A stretch of 53,871 nucleotides of DNA, filler included, from Thelocarpon superellum (lineage: Eukaryota): assembly GCA_026025795.1 (NCBI GenBank). It is 2 parts of 2 records of this genome, joined end to end, with 100 filler letters (N's around TTAATTAATTAA, not from the genome) between each part and the next. Parts side by side here need not be neighbours in the genome. Positions count along the whole stretch, not along the records: positions 27,136 to 53,871 come from JAPEUG010000254.1; 1 more part is not named here. The stretch is one strand, 5' to 3'. The notes below the pieces were generated by a model. It did not search any database, was not told the origin of the DNA, and saw only the letters and a list, made by a program, of their open reading frames with translations. How positions within the stretch are numbered: position 1 is the stretch's first letter; every line of letters begins with the position of its first letter. The translations under genes were made by a program, and so were the position numbers. Of this stretch, positions 34,544 to 47,000 are shown piece after piece.

Positions 34544-37396
34544 TACACCCGCTTGGCCATGAAGTAGCACATGAACCCAAACAGGAGGAGACCCGCCGTG
34601 ACTAGCAGAGTTCGTCAGCACAAGCCCGCCTCGAAATGTTGCTCAACCGACTTACTGCCCCAAAACCAATGCAAGTTGTCGACGTCCTGGCCCGGCACCA
34701 GGCAATTCATCCCCCAGAGCCCTGTGATGATGTTCATGGGCAAGACGATGGTGCCCAGCACGGTCAATCGACCCAAGACATCCGCCGTCTGCTCCTGCCG
34801 CTCGTTCATCCGGATGTTGATCTGCGCCAGGTAATTGCTGTGAGAGCGCGAGAGGATCCTGTCCCAGCGGTCAGCCCCCGTTCGCCCCAACCTTTCCATC
34901 GCCGTACTTCTCATAGTGACTGAGATTGCTCGTCATCGTCACGATATGATCCTGGATATCGCCCAGGTAGAGGCCGATCTCGCTCCGCGGCGCAATCTCC
35001 CACTGCTCGTTGCATCGCTTGGCGAATCCTTTGATCACGTCCGCCTTGTTGCCCAGCAGCCGGTACAAGCCCATGACCTTCTTGCGACAGTCACCCACCC
35101 GCCGCAGCATGTCTCCGCCCTTCTCGCCCGCCGTCGCGTCGCCGGCCTCCGACTTCTTTTCGCCCATCCACGGCGTCTTCGGCGTCTTCGGCGTCTTTGG
35201 CGTTGTGCTGGCCGGGTGTGCCGGGTCGGACGGCGAGTGGAGCTGGAGGATGTCGTCGTCAATGTCGTCAACCTCGTCCTCGATCGACTGGATGAGCGGC
35301 GCGAAGACGTCGGTGATGTCGTCGATGATGGCATACGAGATCCAGTCCGAGCTGAGAATCAGGTAGTCCTTCAGTTGCCGAATCCGTCGTCGCACGTTGG
35401 CCGGGTGAGGCACCATGGAGAAGTGGAACTAGATCCGTTAGCCACCCACGGTCGAAACCCGTGCCACACGCATCCCGGAGACGACTCACGCTGATGACGC
35501 CCTCGCGAAAGACGACGACGTACATGTCGACGGGCTCAAGGAAGGTGTCGCTGTTCATGTCCTGCTCAAAAGTGCGGTAATTGACAAAGTAATAGTTCCG
35601 GAAGAGCTCCACCTTCTCGCGGGCCTCTTGCATCATGATGTCCTCGGCCGTCAAGGGATGGATGCCAAAGGTCTTGGCGAGCACCCGCATCTCGGCATCC
35701 GTGGGCGAGAGCACGTCGAGCCAGAAGGTCGGCCGCGCCCCGTACTTCTTGTGCGTAAGTGGCGGCATCGTCGGCGGGCCCGGCGTCGCCTCGCCCGACG
35801 TGCTGCGCGTCGCTGACTTGGCCTCCGCTGCGATGGATCCGTGGCGCGTGCCGTGCCGCGATTCGCCGTTGGTGGTCGAGCCGTGTCGTGTTTCGTCCTT
35901 GGAGGCACTCTGCGATCCGTGGACCTCCTCGTCGGTGCTCTCATCGTCGCTGAGCAACGGCGGCTCGGGGATGAAGAATTCGCGAAACGTTTGGCCCGGC
36001 TGGAGGAGTTCGGAGATGGTCTGGCTGTGGATGGTGCTGGGGAATTCCTCGTTGAAGTAGGTGAAGCGATACGGCGCATCCTCCTCCGTGCGATGCCATC
36101 CGGCCTTGTTTGGACGGAGTCGACCGCCCACCAGGACGGGCTCACTGATCTTCTTGGTCCGAATGCCTTCGCTGCGCTCCTCCTTCTCCTCACGGCTCCA
36201 ATCATCGAGCACCGACAGGTCTGGCCATTCGCGCACCCGCCGGCGACGGCCGGCCCGATATGTGGCACCATCGTCATGCGGTAGATCGTCGTCGGCCATC
36301 TCCGACATACTCTCGACGGGGAAGCACACGTCGCCCTCGGCCGGCAGGGCCATCGTCCGGCGCCGACCGTCCCCGACGCCGTCAGGCTCGGGCGCGGCGT
36401 CAATGTTGATGACGGATTCGCGACCGAGCGGGCCAAGGCCAAGACTGGTCTCGGGATATCGCGATTGGGCAAAATCGCCCGGCACCATAACGTCGCCGTA
36501 CCCTACATTTGGTCCGATCTTTGGACTGGGGGGCATTGAGGGAGGGTTGTTGACATCATGCGTGGAAGGCGGGGCCAGGGACGCTTGCGAGATGGGTCCG
36601 CGCCTCCGTCGACGACTCGACGTCGACGTCGTCGTCGAGGAATCTCGCGTCCGAGTCTCACGCTTGGGGCTGCCGTTTCGGCCGAGCCCTCCAAAAAAGC
36701 TCCGGCCGCCCGTCGTCTCGCGGTGGGAGGTAGAAAGGAGCGGGGTGCGGTCATCCGCGACGACCTCTTCATCCTCGCTCTCTGGCCGTGCGCGCGTGGA
36801 TCGGTGCCGACGATCGGCAACTTCAACAAAGGGATTGGCAAAAGACTGTCGATATCCCGGCTGGCCGTCAAACGACATGCCCGACGTCGTTCGTCCCAGC
36901 TGGCCGGAGCGAACGCTGAATGAGCCTTGGGCCATGGTACTTGGCCGGCGGGGCCGGAGCGGTTGCTGATCACTAGCAGAGCAGGATGGTCAGAGTCGAC
37001 GACCAACGCACGGCGGGCGTGGACCTACCGGTGGTCGAGGAGGGCCTCGCTCTCTAGACTCGTGCTGCTCAGGTTTCCCCCGCTTCGTCCCAGGTGGTAA
37101 AAATCGGGGCGCGACGGGGTTGAGTGATCCATCAACTTATGGCTCGTGCCGGCAGACGCCGCATCCTCCGCGTCCTCGTCGTGGGCGGCGAAAGACGGTC
37201 GCCGCCCACGCCGTTTCCTCTGGCCACGGTGGCGGCGTTTCTTGCTTGGGCCCGCACTTGCATCTTGCGGTGGTGCTGCAGGAGAGGAGGGTGCATTGCC
37301 GTCGACGCCGGAGACATTAGTGGGACCTGGTAGCCCAGGTCGCGGGCTGCTCCCCTGCCCTGAGGCGGTGGTGGGCAAGCGATTGGGCGCCGCCAT
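34531..37396 (-). CDS. MNR2: CorA-family Mg2+ transporter, Mnr2 type; the start may extend to 37597 via an upstream exon
   Basis: Five exons. PYRFTYFNEEFPSTIHSQTISELLQPGQTF, FWLDVLSPTDAEMRVLAKTFGIHPLTAEDI..REKVELF, LYLGDIQDHIVTM and the ITGLWGMN signature. Mnr2 rather than Alr1 assigned from the YRFTYF and FWLDV motifs. Confidence 0.88.
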
Positions 37397-38247
37397 GGTG
37401 CGAGGAGACTGCGCGTAGACCAAGGGAATGGGCTTGGCATTAATGTTGCCCGAATTGGAGGCGGGGCCGGAGGTGGGTGGAGGGGCAGAGGACGAGGCGG
37501 GGGATTCCACCTGGCGTTGATTTCAGATTGACCGCCACCTATCAGAGCTTCTCAGTCCATGTACTGCCTCAGGTCCAGTCGGGAAGGCGCAGATCATACC
37601 GGGCGGTTTATTTTATGATATCGTGGAGCCTCGGAGGAAAAGTAGGGAGAGTAGGGAGAGTAGGCTACGGGTGTGCTGGACCGCATTCACTGGGAAAGTC
37701 AAGTAATGGGCGGACGGGATTTCGTAGGTTGGATGGCACCACGACCAAGGACTGAGACGAAGGCGATGACTACTCCGCTAACGTACTGGTATGACAGCAG
37801 AGGCGCTCCCTCATCCCTGCTACCATCGCTAGCCCAAGTTGGCCATGATGTATGGACGCTAGGTGGTAGAACTCCGTATGCGAGGGGCATTTCGCACAAC
37901 GAAATCGCCACCAACCAAATGCCGTCACGCACAAGCGCTCCTGCCCCGGATATGGCATGCTTCTGTGTCCTGTTCCTTGACCAATTCCAAACTACATCGG
38001 ATGTCTAACGTCTATCCGTCCATTCATTCCTTAGGTGTAGAAACCTTTCCACGCCCAGAACAGATTTAGGGCGGCAAGGACGGATTCTGGCTTCTCAACA
38101 AGACCGAGCTCCAGATCCGTTGACATTGATGGCGCCCGGTTTGGCACTACGCGAGTCACTACCTGTGTAGGATGACTGGCACATTACTTTCATGTTGCCC
38201 TGCTCTGCCCTTGACTCCCCTTGTTAGTACATGTTAGTCGGCTCTCG

Positions 38248-39047
38248 CTAGATCAGCTCGACGTCCCCCACCAGGACCAACTCTTTGATGGCACTGTATC
38301 TCAACACGTGCACGTCACCCCTCTTCCACCCCACATCGTCCTCGTCCTCGTCCTCATCGTGTCGCCGAAGTACTCCAGGTGGGGTCATATCTCGCAGCAC
38401 CCGACAGAAAACGGCGCTCTCCAGATCCGGCGCTTCCATCATGGAGATACCCCCCGCTGTATCGTCCAGTCGACGCAATTGGTCCGGGAAATCTCGTAGG
38501 AAGGAGGCGAGGTAGTGGTGGTGCAGCAGCTGCTGGTGCGTCGCCGCGTACTGGCGTTCGCCCGCCGCCAGACGTGCATTCAATGCGGGCGTCGTCAGGA
38601 TGTGCAAGGCGTGGCGGTCGATCTAGAAGATGACGCACGCTCAGCGAGTGTTTCCTTCCGAATAGTACCGGGGTCACGCCAAAACGGTGCAGCACCTTTT
38701 CGAGCCGGGTGCGCAGATAAGCCCTCACAAGAAACTTGAACCGCTCCAGCTCGGTCTGGAGGATGATGACGCCAAAATTCGTCTTGGGATCCATGACCCC
38801 CGTTTGCATCTCAACTCGCTCGATCTGAGAAGACGGCGATCAGGATCGGTTCGTAGAAGACTTGGCTGGCGACCCTCACCTGCTTCCGAATGCGCTCCAT
38901 CGTCCGTTCCAACAGTGCTTCCGGGTAGGGTAAAATCTCGGGCGCGGCGCGTTCACCAACCCATGCACGCGTGAGCTCTTGCAGGTCGCGTGTCTCTTGG
39001 GCAATCGTTTCCACCGAGACATCGGCGAGGATGTCGTCGATGTCCAT
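38248..39047 (-). CDS. SLD5: GINS complex subunit Sld5, 3 exons
   Basis: [74 protein letters not shown] and [23 protein letters not shown]. Confidence 0.95.
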
Positions 39048-39703
39048 GGCGGGCAGATGAGATGTCATTCATGGAGGTCGAGGTTGCATGACGGTGCCCT
39101 GTGAAATCCTTGCACCTCAATGGCTCGCGGCCACGGCGAGCTCCTGAGACGCAACGTGCGACAAATGATTCGAGAGTCAGAGTGAGAGACTACTCGTAGG
39201 CAGAGGCTGGATATCGTCCTAGTAGCTCATGTCCAGGTAGTGGGGTCAGGCCGTTAGGGACTCTTAAGGTTTCAAGCTTGGCGGGGCTTATGCAAAACAC
39301 ATTCCAATTCAACTAGAGGTACGACTACTTCTTCGTGCGAAATACCAAGGGTTGGGGTCGAACAGGAGCCGTCATCCTAGTTTCTTATATTTCAAAGTTA
39401 GAGGGGAGATCGAAAAGCTAGGTTTGCGTGGCTGACGCGTCCATACGGCAATCCGCAATGAACGTTCTTATCCGCATTGCCATGCCGCCGTTAGAGGCAT
39501 TGGTTACCGTCGGGGTCGCCCGAAAGAAGACGCCCACGATTCACTATCGAAGGTCGTAGACGTGGCTGATATTGTTCAGAGCTTGAATCGCAGCGAGCGC
39601 TTCACCCTGGCCGGAACCGGCGACACTGTGAAAGTCATGACAGGCTTGTCGCCGCAGCGGTTCAGTCTCTCGTGTGGAGTTGAACAAATCAAAGAGCTCC
39701 CCC

Positions 39704-39773
39704 GTCAACTTCGTCGTGTCAACTTCGTCGTGTCAACTTCGTCGTGTCAACTTCGTCGTGTCAACTTCGTCGT
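39704..39773. repeat. Minisatellite: five perfect copies of the 14-bp unit GTCAACTTCGTCGT
   Basis: Units start at 39704, 39718, 39732, 39746 and 39760, with no spacers. Confidence 0.97.
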
Positions 39774-40102
39774 GCGCATATCACGCGATCCTCTCTACTC
39801 CATCATTCGTCGTCACAACTTGTGGCGTCCGGCCTGTTGGCATTGAATCGCACTAACTCTTCCAGTGCCTGCCACTCTTATCCGTGGCCGAGGCTGTCTT
39901 CAGGGTCAAGGTGCCAAGTATGGAATTTGCGCTCAGCCTTGCTGCAGTGCTAGATTGTCCCCACTCATTCACAGTCGTGTCATCGACGTACGGATTCTGG
40001 ATCACCCGCATGTGTTGATTATCTGTTGAGCATGAGCTGTCCCTCCTAGCCCAGGAAGACAGAAATTTCCACTTCTGCAACTCCCCGGTCGATGCCATCG
40101 CG

Positions 40103-41520
40103 ATGGCAACTGATGCGTCGGTGATGGCTGACATAGGGAATATGGCCTTCGCCTTTGGCGGCAATGGCAGCTTCTTGTTCAATGTTCCCGCAGTGTGGTC
40201 CTAGTCAGTCCATTAAGTCATATCCGAACGCGATGTCTCGACCACTGATCAAGCCCAAAGCAAGAACCTGCCCCAAACCATGACCGTGCTGCTCGCCGAA
40301 AACAAGATCAAAGACGTCTACAGCGCCACCTTGGGCAAAGACGCCTCGGTCTACCACTTCGCGTGTCTCTCGGAGGAAGGGCCATTCCAAAGTATAGCTG
40401 ATGCCAACAACCCTGAATCGCGCCCGCGTTGACCTCTCCTGCGACAGTACACGTCGGTCTACCGGCCGCGCTCGCCGAATGGCTGGAAGAGCCAAGTCGT
40501 ACGATTTGCCGCGTCACGCTAGGGCCCGGAGGGAGCTTCTTCGCCTGGGACGACCACTCCTTTCGCTGGCATAATGTTCCAGCAGGGCTAGAGAAGCATA
40601 TCCAGAGCTGGATGGGGCCGCAGGTATGGACGCTGGGAAGCCCGCGCTGGGTCGCCTTGGGAGCCAATGGCGCCTTCATCGCCTTGAGCGCGAAGGGGTC
40701 GGCTGCGCGGGCCCTCTCGAAGTCTTATCCCACTCTGAATTCCCAGCTCGAGGAGTGGGTGGGTGACGCCGACCCTACTCACACGTGGTCAGAGTTGAAG
40801 GTGAGCCCGCAACGAAAGTGGGTCGGATGACGTGGGCTGACAGCAGCGCAGTATGTGTTTCTGGATCCCTTTCGCCCGGATCACTTTTTCGCTGTCACCA
40901 ACGCCGGTGATTATTGGGCCGCGCATAAAGAAGAAATCGTTAATACCATTAACATCGTTGCGACGGCTATCCACGACCCGGCCAGGGCGAATCGACTCGC
41001 CGAGGCCGTAGAGAAGCGCAAACTGTCCGCGGTCAAAGAGCTGCGCGAGGAAGCGCAGCGAGCGCGCCACGCCAAAGCCAAGGCCCAAGAGGAGCAAAAA
41101 CGGCGGCAGCAAGCGGAGCAAGGGAAACAACACGAAGCGGCCCGACGAAAGATGCGAGCCGAGACCATGGCCCTCACGCTGTACCCGCTCTGGAGGGCGC
41201 AGTGTACCGCCGCCCTGCAGACGATGACGACGCTGCCGGGCTTCCCGCATCCGCCCATTGCCGTCTGCGTCTGCGACGAGATGGCCTGTGCCCTGCGGAA
41301 GTCGGGCCCGGACGACCTCAAGGCGTGCAAGCACGACCTCGAGATCCTGCTACGCGTCGACTCGGCTTACTCGCTGGCCTGGCTACGGAAGCAACGCAAT
41401 GACTGGCATTCGGATCGATGGGCCCGGGCCCCGGTCGGCACCCGCGCCGAACTCATGCGGAAGGCAGACCAAATGTTCAAGCTCTACGGCGAGTTGATGG
41501 CCGGTATAAGAGAGGGATAG
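40103..41520 (+). CDS. Uncharacterised 417-aa protein: N-terminal LGxxGSF repeats, coiled coil, Cys/His cluster and J-domain-like C-terminus
   Basis: Exons 40103-40203, 40261-40391, 40448-40800 and 40852-41520 join with matching phases (2, 1, 0) into a stop-free 1254-nt CDS with internal repeats. Confidence 0.75.
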
Positions 41521-42176
41521 GCGAACACGTCATGAGAGGAGTGGGCCCGACGTCCCATATCCGACCATCACAACAGGAGCATCCGGCATCGAGGAGTTCC
41601 TCGACAGAGTCAAGGCCATCAGTCTTACAGCGATCGCTAGGATTCCAGATAGTTGAACCTCTTTTTTTTGGTGCATCGCATCTATTAGACAGAAGAAAGT
41701 GGTGTGCGGCTTCAGGGAGGGCGTCGTCAAAGAGAGCATAGACGAGCCACCGATGCCAAATGGGCGCCGAGAGTCCGATGGACACCATGGGCCAGGAGGC
41801 GCGAGAGAGGGAAGCCAAAAGGCCAAAAGCCCATCAGACGCCAAACCATGACCGCTGGATCATGCCTAGATACAAGTTCCGGTGCCCGTGTGGACATGGT
41901 GCGATACGACTGGTGGCCAAGACTGCCGACCGTCGCCAAGCACCGTCCAGCACAGAGCACCCAAGAAGTCCAGGACCGGCCAACGGCCGGATCAACGAGA
42001 GGCCAATGGTCCAGCAGGCGCAACAGACGCCGCAAGAGACACGGAAATGGAAAACACGGTGAGAGTCGTGTAAGCACAAGGAGGTCATTATGTAGCACAA
42101 GAGCGAATGAGATCTAACGCGGTCGAAGTAGACCCTTCGCCGGCGCCATTCCCCGAGGTCGGCGGGTGCCGTCCGC

Positions 42177-44090
42177 CTAGTATGAGGCCATGCGTCGCGC
42201 GGGGGAGCGAAGGGGATGCGAGGAAGGGTCCACGAGATCCATGCCCATCATGCGGCCCCCACCGATCTTGCTGCCGTTGGTGGGGCTGTCATCGCTTGGC
42301 GCGCTATGCTGACCGAAGGCAAAGGTCTGGGCGCGGCTCAGCTTGGTGCGCTGGCGCAGCCGGCCCATTTCGCGCTCGCAAGTATTGGCGTGCTCCTTCG
42401 CATCCATCTCCACGTAGTTCTGAGGGAAGCAGCGGCTTCGGTTGCCGGCGAAGAAGGTGCTATATCCACCATCGAGGATGTAGATCTCGGGGTAGGTGAG
42501 GTGCGGGTAGCGGTAATCGTTGACCGATCGATCATGCCCACGGATGAACTTGGCCCTATCGAATCATCAGCATCGGCATCATGACCATGCTTGCAGACAT
42601 CAGGGAAAAGGGAAGGGGGAAGAGGGAACGTACATGATGGGAGCGCGGTGCGCCGAGTACTCGCAATGAAAGATCAAGAGCGTCTTCGCCGTCGGCGGTT
42701 TCGCGAAGAGCGTCTGTGCCAAGAGCTCCTTGTCATTGAAGTTCACGGCGCCTTCGATGTGGCCACCCAGGTATTCGTATTCGAAGCGGCAATCGACCAC
42801 CCACGACTCGCCGAACGCGTCGTGGTATCGGCCATCTAGCACCTCGCACAGCGTCTCCTTGGAGATGCGCGGCAGACTGTCAGGTCGATCCTCGGGGATG
42901 AAGTGGGGCAGCTGCAACTGCTGCGAATCATCCACGTCCATGATGGACTGCAGGCCAGCCACAGCTCCGACTTCGGCCTTGGGCTGATTCATCGCATCGC
43001 CGGGATGCTCGAACATGCTCAAAGATCGTCGAAACTGCTTGCGGGGCCTCGCCGTGGGCGCGGATGATTTACGATAATGTCCGGAGACAGGGGAGCCATT
43101 CCGGGCGTTGGACGTCGGACCGCCGAATGGTTGCTTGGGCCGCGGTGGACCCATGTTAGTGAGGGCCGAGCCGCCGAGGAGTCCAGTGCGTCGATCCTGA
43201 GGCGGCGAGTCGGCAAAACATTCGCCCAGAGACAAGGACGGGTCGGCGAGTTTGCTGGACGACGTGAATTTGAAGAGCGGCAGCTGCGTCTCCCGACCAG
43301 TGGTCGCAAAGGAAATCGTGTTGGTCGAATAACCTTTGGTCCGGACCAGCGACGGTCGGTGGCAGATGGATTTCTTGCGTCTGCAACCCCCGCCGTCAGT
43401 CAGAGCCCGGTCACGGCAACGATGCCACACTTACTCATGCTGGAAGGTTGGCTTCGTCGGATTAGATGGTAAGGTGGGTAGTGCAGTAGGAGACGAGGGA
43501 ATAACGTGATGGTTGGGACGTTCGACCATCGCAGACGGTTCGAGCCCAATCTCCGTCATGCCGGCAAACGGGACCTTATGGGGAAGCGGGGAAATTTCCA
43601 TGGAGTCATTGCCCGGTCCAGGAGATGAGGATGGCAGCGGAGGGGTCGTGACAGTATCTAGGCGCGAGTCAGTAGGATCTGGTGGACCATCGTGGGAGAC
43701 TCCGTACCCCGACCGTCAATCGTGCCGAACAGGCTGGTGGTAAAGAGCGAACGGCGGGGCGTCGCCAGCTGCGGGCTACGGAGAATTAGCAAGGGCACTC
43801 CCGCATGTGCATGGACGATGGGCGGGGTACCTCTTGTCGATGTGGAAGTTCTGGGACAGGTCAGCGGCCAGGCTGGCCGTCGGAGAGGAACCTCGGACGG
43901 GCTTCATGGCGAAGTAATCGGTCGACGACTTTTTCATACTGAGCTCTTTGAAGTTGAAGCTGGTCGGACCCATGCAGCCGGCTCCGGGCAACTGATGCCT
44001 CGAAGTGACGGTGCTGGTTTGGAAGGCCCACGGTCCACCCAACGACGGTGGCTGCATCGCCGCCAGGGGCGATGAGCGTTCCATGTCCAT
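42177..44090 (-). CDS. CDC25: M-phase inducer phosphatase Cdc25/Mih1/NimT, 5 exons
   Basis: MERSSPLAAM, RGSSPTASLAADLSQNFHID, FRRSLSMFEHP, VDCRFEYEYLGGHIEGAVN, catalytic IFHCEYSAHRAP (HCX5R) and YPHLTYPEIYILDGGYS. Confidence 0.96.
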
Positions 44091-47000
44091 GCTGGGCAGC
44101 GCCGCTGCGAAGCGTCCAATCGATCAGGTGCACGGGTGACCGGTCGAGAGCGTGAGGTCGCTGTCCGGACTGAGGCTTACACTCTCGGCATTGTAGGTGG
44201 ATGACCGACGACGACGGATTGATCGACGATACTTGGATGTCGGGCGATGGGTCGATGGCGGGGGCAATGACGGCGAGCGCGAGGTCAATGCGGCGTGCAC
44301 TGGGACGAGGCGTCGAGATGACGATGGCTGGAGGTGAGATCGAGGGTTGTGAGTCCCGAGTCGGTGGGCACGGCTACTGACGACGGCGGTCCATGGCCCT
44401 GGACGTGTGCAACAAGGTCCGGCCGGGGAGGGCGAGGTTCCGTAGCGAATGAAGCGTCCGATGGGCGAGGCCGGCAATGGCCGTGGGCCGAGGAGGCAGA
44501 ACGAGCGAAAGAGGCAAGGAAAGGAGGACTGGCGGAGGTGAAGGGAGAAAGGAGAGTTGTCCAGGTCACAGACGGCCCCAGGTGAAGCTGCTCACTTGGT
44601 GCAGCAGCGTTGTCGAAGCAACAATAGAAGCCGATCAAACTCTCGAATCTGGTGCAGCGAGCGGCGGTCACCTCATGCGGTGATACGCGGATCGGTACGG
44701 CAAAGCACACGGGCCTGAGGGGCACCGATACTCTGTCCGCCAGCGCTCTGTGGCCGGAGTTAGCCGAACCAACAGCGGCCAGCCCCTCACTCGCGGCATC
44801 CATCTGGTCCTGGCCCGCCCTACAACCGCGTCAGCAACCGAGACGCAGGGATGCAGCTCACCACCCCCCGGCCTTACTCACCGTCCTCGCACCATGTGGC
44901 GCCTGATCGATTGTTCCGTGTTTGGAGAGTTTGTTGACGAGATGGGCAAGTCGCGGAGTCGCTTCTGACTAACAACTAGTGGTTGGCACTTGGGTATACG
45001 AATCTAGCCTAGCGACTCCACGTCCTGGTCCATGACGAGCACCACGCTCGCTTTCCCTGCTTGACCGAGCTTCTCTCTTACCACGGTCAGCCAGGGACGG
45101 TTGGGGACCCAGAACCGTTCCTATCCATTTATCGCATGCTCGAGACTTGCACCATACGTCATTGCCAGGATTCCAAGGCCTTGTACGGTTCCTTCGCCAC
45201 GGCATCCTGACATTGTCGCATACACGCTGATCGCGTCTGCCGCAACATCCACAACTGTAGCGTCGCCGATTCGACGATGCAGCATGCGGTCGACGTCGTC
45301 CAGGTCACTACGCGGGCGCCTTCGCTCGGGCGACCTCCATAGCGGACTGGCAGATACTCCGAGCACCGTAGATATTGGTCGACATGATCGGTCACGCGTC
45401 GGAGGGAATGGTCCCGTTCTGACGGGACAACCAAGTCCGCGGCGGTTACAACCATGGTATCTAGCCCCCAATCTGGAGCACGAACACGAGGGCTTGTACC
45501 GGCGGGCTCCACGCTCTTGCGGCCGAGCGGACAGACAAGGCCATGGTCGTCACGGTCGCAAATCAGGCAACAAGGATGGGTGCCGGGGTGGAGGGAATGG
45601 GTCGCTGCTACTGGGTACGCCACACACGACTACTGGTAGGTCAATGCAGCTTCGGCTCGGTTGGCGGCGTTGCCATGGAAAGTCACTCAGCTCCACTTGG
45701 GTCCTGAGATACCCGCTCCTCTCAGCAACGCCCGATTGGTCTGGCTTGCCTTGCGTCAAGCCTCGCTCATCCCCCCCTCCGACCGTCGATCAGCAACCGG
45801 CCTGATCCGATCAGCCCGGCAACCATTCAAGTGTCGCCGACCGTCCACCCCACCGTTTCACCGCCTCCGCCCCCAGGTCTCTGCTGAGCTGATCGGCCGC
45901 TCCGTCCGTGCTTCATCTCCTCTTTCCTCCAGGTTCCTGCAATGCCAATGACTGCCCAACCACGGCTGGGTTGGATGGCACCCACACACGCCTCCCTTTT
46001 CCGTCGTATCTTATCAGTAGTCACGCCATCCGGCCTGTTCACGCCCTACGCGGGCACGATTCTCCCGCCCTGGCGCTGCTCTGGGTCTTAGCACAGATAC
46101 AATGACCCTCCTCATAATGTGCTCCCAGCGCCACACGCTCTCCTCCTCCAGGGTCAAAGGGTCAAAGGGTCAAATCTTACACTGGCTTGGATAGCCACCA
46201 AAGCAGGCAGTTCGCTGTCTATTGACAGGTCAAGCAACGACGTCTGGGGCGGTCACCGTTACGCGCTTTCCCCTTCGATTGTGCAAGGTTTGGAGCAAGT
46301 CCTTGCCGCTCGAAGCCAGGCAAGTATAAGTAGGTCCTCCGTAACTTACGCCGTACATCGCCCGCAGTTGGTCGTGCAGCCTCCTCAGAACCGCTCAGTA
46401 AGCGCCGACTCGTCCAACGATAAGCTCGCAAACCACGCATCCGTTCCGACGAGGTCATCTCGATAGGTCCCGCACCACATCGGCTTCCACCGATCGACAG
46501 GGACTCAAGCCAAGGAGGACTTCCCGACGATCCTTGGTCCGGGCACCGTGCATCATGCCTGCCGGCCCGTTTCTCGTAGTCATCGCACTGACGGGTCAGC
46601 GTTTCAGCTTCAGTTTGATCAGCGCTCAGGACTGCCGTCCCCGTGTGCTGAAGAAACGATCGCGTCATGTTCCTCGAAACGGGCAACCTTTGCTTTCGGC
46701 CGTTACTTGAAGCGGGACCTGAGAAAGAGCATTTGGGAAGAGTTGATGCAACCTAATGACCAATCGATCCAAGCAACCCTGGTCAGGCGCTTGCGACCCT
46801 GGTGACGGGGAGAACTACGCTGGGCACTGCCGTTGTCAGTGCACTGTCGGACCCCGAGACGATGTCAAATCCGCGGTTGCAGCTTGGAGCTTGGTGCTCG
46901 CGTCGCAATAAGACGACAACAACACGACCTGTACGCGAGGTCTGCTGACCTTCTAGCCCAAAGAGCCTTCTGAAGATTCGCGTGATGCTGAGTCAGCATC

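Noticed and set aside
39435..39440. MCB (ACGCGT) element ~390 bp upstream of SLD5
   Set aside because: A single hexamer in CpG-rich DNA occurs often by chance in this window; insufficient on its own.
39704..39773. CRISPR-like array
   Set aside because: Head-to-tail 14-mers without spacers, eukaryotic context, no cas genes.
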